Of a stretch of DNA of 64,000 nucleotides, positions 52,865-64,000 are shown one piece after another. Numbering within the stretch: position 1 is the stretch's first letter; every line of letters begins with the position of its first letter. The translations under genes and the position numbers were made by a program. A model generated the notes under the pieces. The model did not search any database. It was not told the origin of the DNA and was given only the letters and a program-made list of their open reading frames with translations. The stretch comes from the human T2T-CHM13v2.0 reference genome, Homo sapiens, in NCBI RefSeq assembly GCF_009914755.1, contig NC_060929.1. One strand, 5' to 3'.

Positions 52865-54470
52865 GTTGGTCTTCCAAGGTTTTCCAACCTTTTTTTCAAA
52901 CTTCCTGCATCTCCCCTTCCATCCTATCCTCACTCTTAATTGATGACCTCACCTTGTAAGTCACTGAGAAAAATAAAATCAGACAAAACTTTTTCATCAT
53001 CCCAATTTAAAGTTACAGATCAATTACATTTGCTCCTGTCTTATTTCCTCCTGTTATAATGGAGAAAGTCCTTCTATCAGACACCTTTTCTCGAGTTTTA
53101 CTCTGAATTGCATTCTTTCTTTTCTTCTCTACTCTCCCCTGTGTTTTCAGTTCTCTTCCTCTCTGTTGAATCCTTCACATCAGGACAGAAATGTGCTTTA
53201 GTATCTCCCATTCCAAACCCCTGCTTTGACCCTGAAACTTTTTCCAGCTGCTATCCCATTTCTCTGTTCCCACTCACATTCAGCTTTTCAAAACTAGACA
53301 CATTTGCTTTCTACTGCCTTTTTCCCCTTTCATACTTACTTATATAACTTTCTGACCCAGTTACACCCGTTAAAACTGATCTTGTTGAGATTCACGTGAT
53401 ATCCATGTCAAATGTAGTGGAAACTTTTAAATTATTTTCTTATCTGTCTTCTTAGCATCATTCAACATTCTTCACTACTCCCATATTGAAATGCTTTTCT
53501 CTCCTTTTCTCTTGATGACAATCTCTTGTAGCTTTTTTTCTTAAACTTACTATTTATTCCTTCATAATCTTCTTTCTTCATCCTTCCTCTTCTGTTTGAC
53601 ACATAAATCTTGGTCTTCATGATTTGGGCATTTTATATCGATTTTTCCCAAAACCTTCCCTCTCATACCCAGTCTTTCCATTTTATGAAATTGTATATTC
53701 ACCCTTATAGTTGCTCAGGCCAAAAACCTAAGAGTCATTCATTTTTCCTCAACTTCTCTTGTTCTCCAAATCTATCAGCAGACCTGTTGGTTCTTTCTCC
53801 AAAATATATCTTAAATCTACTACTTGTCTCTAGCTTCATTACTAACCACCTATGTCCAACCTGCCAACTCCTGTTTTAGTTACTGATGTCTCCATTTCTA
53901 CCCTTGCCGTTTAGCTTTTCTCTCATAAGAGAGTGATCGTAGTGATATACTTAGCATATAAACCTCAGTACCTGTCTTCTACGTACAACTTATTGGTGGC
54001 ATTCCCTTACATTCCTTTACCATGGCCTACAAGACCCTGTCTGAGCCGTCATTTGCTATTCTCTCCAACCTTTCTCCCAGCATTTTTTTGCTTAGCAGAC
54101 TTGATCAAACTACTATTTTCAAACCAAACTCTTTCCCAAACTCTTTCTGCATTATTTTTCCCCTGTCTAAAATGCTTTTCTTCCCTCTTATTATATGGCT
54201 TGTTCCTTCTTGTCATTTAGTTCTCGTACTTTTCAAAGAGGCCTTCCATGGTCAGCTTATCTCAATTCTCCTTATTCTCCATTTCTTTTCTTTGTAGCAC
54301 ATAATACAGTTTGTATTTAGTTTTCTGTTATTTGCCTATTTTTTTCCAGTAACATGTAAAAAGTAAATGAGGGTGGTGATTGTATCTGTCTTAAAAATTC
54401 TTAAATCCGGTAGAATTCTTGCCGCACAGTGGATACTTAATAAATTTTTGCTGAATGGATGAATAAATAA
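52865..54470 (+). mobile_element. L2 (L2a-like) long fragment with 3' end
   Basis: gttgctcaggccaaaaacctaagagtcattc; ends cttaataaatttttgctgaatggatgaat. Confidence 0.8.
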
Positions 54471-54639
54471 TGGAATAGTATCAATTGATGTCAAAGGCAT
54501 AGGATGGTAAGATAATAGTTACTTAACTCTCTTATAATGAAGTATCTGCAAATGAGATGAATTATTACTATTAGACTGTATGTTTGAATGTATTAAATTA
54601 GATATGTGGCTGCTAAATTTCATGATTTCTTTATTTTAG

Positions 54640-54782
54640 CCTTTTCTACCCTCTTCTCAAAGTAGAGCCGAATATGATTCAGAGGAGAGTCTGGGAAGTG
54701 ATGATGATGACAATGATGATGATGATGATGTTTTAGCATCAGATTTCCATCTCCAGGAACATTCTAATTCAAATTCATATAG
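54640..54782 (+). CDS. DMXL1: DMXL1 coding exon (~30): PFLPSSQSRAEYDSEESLGSDDDDNDDDDDVLASDFHLQEHSNSNSY
   Basis: ttttag|CCT...ATAG|gtatgg, 143 nt, phase 0-2. Confidence 0.94.
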
Positions 54783-54872
54783 GTATGGTATATTTTATTT
54801 TAAATTTCTTTTTAAAAATAATGGTGTATATAAATAATATTTTTGAAAAAATTACATGTGAAATTAATAGCT

Positions 54873-55025
54873 TGTTGACTTTATAACACATTATAACCCA
54901 GATTTCTTTAGTTGAAATTGTTAAATTCCTTTCCTTAACAATAATTTCTCTGTTGACTTTATAACACATTGTAACTCAGATTTCTTTAGTTGAAATTGTT
55001 AAATTCCTTTCCTTAACAATAATTT
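54873..55025. repeat. Tandem duplication, period 78 bp, two copies
   Basis: tgttgactttataacacatt...ccttaacaataattt at 54873 and 54951, 2 mismatches in 75 nt. Confidence 0.95.
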
Positions 55026-55529
55026 ATCACATACCTTTGGTTGTCCATTAATGGACCATCCGTAATTTGCATCATTCCTCACAGATCTTGCTCCAAGATT
55101 ATACCTTGCATTTTGGGCTCTAACATAAACAAGTTCTACTGTTTTTGTCTGGAAAATATATTTTCAGTAGAACACTAGTACTATAAGATGTCAATAGGTA
55201 CTATCTTCAAAAAGTACTCTGTATGTCATACACATGTTCTAAATGCTCACCTCTAGCTCCAATACTGCGTTATTCTTACATTCATGAATGATGGAATATT
55301 ATCTAGTCTCTATTGATATGTTTACATCTAAAACGTGTATGTTTTACTAAAACATGGTATGTTAATGGTGTGATAAAAAATGTGAATTTTCCAAAAGAAG
55401 TAAATATATGAGGGACATTGAAGTCATTCTTTATTTGAAAGTTACCATGAGATTTTTACTTCCTGGTTTATTGAGGTTTTTCCCCCTGCTGAATGAATTT
55501 TACTTTTTGAATATATAAATCATTTAAAA

Positions 55530-56565
55530 GTCAAACTGCACAACTCAACAACAAAAAGGTAAATAATTAAAAAAATGAACAAAGGGCTGGGCATGGTGGC
55601 CTATGCCTGTAATCCCAGAACATTGGGAGGCCGAGGTGGTCAGATCACTTGAGCGCAGGAGTTCAAGACCAGCCCAGGCAACATGGCAAAACCCGATCTA
55701 TATTTCTAAAAAAAAAAATTTTAATGAACAAAAAACTTGAATAGACATTTCTCCAAAGACGATATGAAAATAGCCAATAAGCATATGAAAAGATGCTCAA
55801 TATCATTAATCATTAGAGAAATGCAGATCAGTTTCCCAATGAGACAACATCTCATATGCATTAGGATGGCTACCAAAAAAAAAACAAAAACAAAAACAAA
55901 AAAAATAACAGTGCTGGCAAGGATGAGGAGAAATTGGAACCTTTGTGCACTTTTGGTGGGAACGTAAAATCGTGCAGCAACTGTGGAAAACGGTATACTG
56001 GTTCCTTAAAAAGTTAAAAATAGAATTACCATATGATCCAGCATTTCCACTATGGATATATACCTGAAAATATTGAAAACAGGGACTGAAACAGGTATTT
56101 GTACTTCCCATGTTCTTAGCAGCATTATTTACAGTAACTGAGGGGAAGAAACAATCAAGTGTGTTTTAACAGATGAATTACTAAACAAAATGTGCTATGT
56201 ACGTTCAACGGAGTATTATTCAGCCTTAGGAAGGAAATTCTGACACATGCTGCAACATGGATATAATGCTAAGTGAAATAAATCAGTCACAGAAAGGGTT
56301 ATAGTATGTGATTTCACTTACATGAGGTACCTAGAATAGTGAAATACATAAAGAATAAAAATAAAATAGTGGTTTTCAAGGGCTGGTGGTGGGGGGAGAA
56401 TGGGGAATGAATTTAGAGTTTCAGCTTTGCAAGATGAAAGGAATTCTGGAGTTGGATGGTGGTGGTGGTTGCACAGCAATGTGAATGTACTTAATGCCCC
56501 TGAACTATAAACTTAAAAATGGCCAAAATGGTAAATTTTATGTTTTTGTATTTTACCATTAAAAA
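55530..56565 (+). mobile_element. L1MB-type 3' end with FLAM_C insertion (~55585-55718)
   Basis: ORF2 C-terminus [31 protein letters not shown]; L1MB-type 3'UTR; aatgaacaaa on both sides of the FLAM. Confidence 0.88.
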
Positions 56566-57182
56566 ATTACTAAAAATTCAATCCTTTAAGAAATAAATAT
56601 GTTCCACTTGAAATAAAAGAGAACCTGACTTTTTTAAAAATCAAACTATATAAAAATGTGAAATCACAAGTTTTACTTAAACTTCTCTTTACTCTATCCA
56701 ATTTCTTCTGCACATCCTCTACAGCTAACCACTTTTATTAGCTTCTGGTTTATCCTTCTGTTTGCAAAAATAAGCAAAAGCATCTATCTAAATTTATTCC
56801 CCCTGCTTTCTTGCAGAGAGGGTGGCATACTACATACAGTGTTCTGCTACCTGCTTTTTATTTATTACTACATACCGAAACTGACTCCATATTAACACTT
56901 AGAGATCCTTCTTCATTCTTCCTTATGGTTACCCTAATATTCCATAGGTCAAAAATAGTTATTCAACAAGTACTCTCCTCATGGACAATTTTGGTTATTT
57001 CTACACTTCTGCTATTGTAGATAAAGCTGACATGACTACCTCTATGCATATATTATTTTGTTTTCATAGAGGGGTATGTTCAGGTTGATTCCTGATAGTG
57101 GAATTTGTTGAGTCAAAGGGTAGTATACTCTTCTAAATCCCTATAGAAATCGTTAACAGATCCATCGTTGCTTTATTTTTAG

Positions 57183-57268
57183 TTGGTCCTTGATGCGGTT
57201 GGCGATGGTGCAATTGGTGCTCAACAATTTGAAGACTTTTTATCCCTTCGCAGGTCATGATCTTGCAG
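57183..57268 (+). CDS. DMXL1: DMXL1 coding exon (~31): WSLMRLAMVQLVLNNLKTFYPFAGHDLA
   Basis: ttttag|T...GCAG|gtaata, 86 nt, phase 2-1. Confidence 0.94.
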
Positions 57269-58032
57269 GTAATAAATAGCTCAACATGAGCTAATGGTGC
57301 CATTGCTTTTGACTTACTACTCTGTTGTTTTTTTTTTTTTTTTTTTGGTCTGGACTGGGGGGAAAATTTAGTGATTTCCTGTTACAGAAGTTAGATTTCT
57401 TTTAACTAAACCAACCATCTGTAAATGTATCCGTCATACTGTTAGGTGCTTGAGGATGGCAACATCCAAGAAATCAAGGGCACTGAATGTGATGTGATTG
57501 ACTGTCTTGAGACTCTATTTATACTCTAGCCAAGTGTTGAGGGATTTTACAATGGAGAGAAAACTAAGCAAATGCAAAAGCTAGCAATTATTAACTTCAA
57601 AGGAGGAAAAGATTGTACAGGAAAGAAAGGGGCATGATAACATACTAAGTGATTCTGCTATGAACTATAGTTCCCTATATATGATAAGGTAAACACAAAA
57701 ATACCAATTTAACCAAAGATTTTTATAAGACACTATCATAATGATGGACAGAGGAGTTTATTCTCATTATGCCGTAGTAGTAAATCAGTAGGTCATTTCT
57801 AAAATTGAAAAATTAAGTATTAAGCATGTTATTTAGATATAGGGAGGTAAGTAGTAGGAATAACTAAAAGTTGAAACTGAGATCAGTACTCAAGAGTATG
57901 GATGGGCAGAACTGCTAAGTGCTGAGTTCCATGGCAAGTATTATTTAATTTTAACTTTATGTATTGTTTTCATTTTCTACAGATCTTGAAGAGTTATATG
58001 CCATACAGAAATTAGTCTGATACAAATTAAAG

Positions 58033-58255
58033 CAGGGGTGTCCAATCTTTTGGCTTCCCTGGGCCACACAGGAAGAAGAATAATTGCCTTGGGCCACACA
58101 TAAAATACATTGATACTAACAATAGATGATGAGCTAAAAAGAAAAATCACAAAAAATTTCATAATGTTTTAAGAAAGTTTATGAATTTGTGTTGGGCTTT
58201 ATTCAAAGCTGTCTGGGCCGCATGCAGCCTGTGGGCCATGGGTTGGACAAGTTTG
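58033..58255 (+). mobile_element. MER30 (hAT-Charlie)
   Basis: caggggtgtccaatcttttggcttccctgggccac...gggttggacaagtttg; 8-bp TSD aattaaag/atttaaag. Confidence 0.9.
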
Positions 58256-58566
58256 ATTTAAAGCGATTAATTTTCCCCACATACATATTTTCATAATCTT
58301 CAGATACATTTTTCTTGTAATATTAAGGTCAAAAGCAGTAATGTTGAAATACTTACACAGATTTATGGCATACCTTTTGTAATCCACTGGGTTTCTTTGC
58401 CCACCTCACCTTGCACATCTTCCCTGCCAAAGTGTATGTTAATATTTCATCTCAGTCTTTTTTTTTTTCCTGCATCTGCTCTCCCCTCTCTCATTTCAGT
58501 CTTTCTTAAAATTGAATATGGCATTTTACTGCATAAGATTAATATGAGTCAATGTTCCCATTTTAG

Positions 58567-58768
58567 AGCTTCCAGTTAGTTCACCTCTTTGTCATGCGGT
58601 TCTAAAAACTCTTCAATGTTGGGAACAAGTTCTTCTCCGACGACTTGAAATCCATGGTGGGCCACCTCAAAATTATATCGCAAGTCATACCGCCGAAGAG
58701 AGTTTGTCTGCAGGTCCTGCAATTCTTCGCCACAAAGCTTTACTGGAACCTACAAACACTCCTTTCAA
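58567..58768 (+). CDS. DMXL1: DMXL1 coding exon (~32): ELPVSSPLCHAVLKTLQCWEQ...AGPAILRHKALLEPTNTPF
   Basis: ttttag|AG...TCAA|gtaggt, 202 nt, phase 1-2. Confidence 0.94.
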
Positions 58769-58795
58769 GTAGGTTTTCTTATGAATGCTATTTGG

Positions 58796-59113
<318 letters not shown>

Positions 59114-59139
59114 TAAGATAGGAGTTTTACTTTTTGTGC

Positions 59140-59300
59140 TGTACATTCTTGTCATAACTACTCAACCCTGCCATTGTAGAATAAAAGCAACCATAGACAA
59201 CATGTACACAAATATATTCAGTTTTTGTCCAATAAACTTTATTTCTTAAAATGGTAGGTAGGCTAGATTTGGACTGTGAGCTATAGTTTATTGATGCCTG
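59140..59300 (+). mobile_element. MER58A partial
   Basis: caactactcaac-like, aagcaaccatagacaac, ccaataaactttattt, gatttggactgtgagctatagttt. Confidence 0.65.
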
Positions 59301-59340
59301 CTCTAGAACGATGCTTTTCAAAATAGCTGGTCACAAAAGT

Positions 59341-59637
59341 GTTAAGAGGAAAGTTTATAGCACTAAACAACAAGCAGTCAACAGATTCAGCACAATTCCT
59401 GTCAAATTACCAACATCATTCTTAACAGAATTAGAAAAAAATTATTCTAAAATCAGATGGAACCAGTAGAGAGCTGGAATAGCCAAAGCAATCCTCAGCA
59501 AAAAAAACAAGGCATCACATTACCTGACTTCAAACTGTACTACAAAGCAACAGTAACCAAAACAGCATGGTACTGGTACAAAAATAGACAAATAGACCAG
59601 TGGAACAAAATAGAGATCCCAGAAATAAACTCACATC
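59341..59637 (+). mobile_element. L1 ORF2 fragment
   Basis: [35 protein letters not shown] in ORF 59457..59699. Confidence 0.88.
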
Positions 59638-63070
<3,433 letters not shown>

Positions 63071-63110
63071 TAAAGCATACCTACTTTTGTTAGATCCTAT
63101 GGCCCTAGGT

Positions 63111-64000
<890 letters not shown>

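Overview
Primate (most likely human) genomic DNA from the interior of the + strand gene DMXL1 (Dmx-like 1, rabconnectin-3 alpha paralogue, V-ATPase assembly scaffold). I traced 19 consecutive GT-AG coding exons (4623-58768) whose phases chain into one uninterrupted frame, including the Rav1p_C-type region. The numbering 'exon 14-32' is from memory and approximate. The introns are dense in transposon relics (L1, Alu, L2, MIR, Tigger1/4/6, MER5A/30/58, MADE1, THE1/MLT LTRs); subfamily names are from recalled consensus sequences, not from a search. Most interesting signals: (1) the MIR5706 hairpin, which appears to have arisen from a single inverted-duplication (template-switch) event inside a Tigger1 transposase, itself nested in an old L1 whose target-site duplication is still visible; (2) several candidate extra exons in the 11.5 kb intron 39058-50519, namely a frame-preserving 114-nt exon with a GC donor that could also act as an alternative last exon, a frame-preserving 60-nt exon, and a possible RBFOX-flanked poison exon; (3) an exon whose start rebuilds a strong 5' splice site after ligation (recursive-splice-exon signature); (4) a pair of closely related inverted L1s bracketing all exons. 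No prokaryotic-type systems (CRISPR, operons, rRNA, tRNA) are present. I cannot check whether the candidate exons are already annotated.
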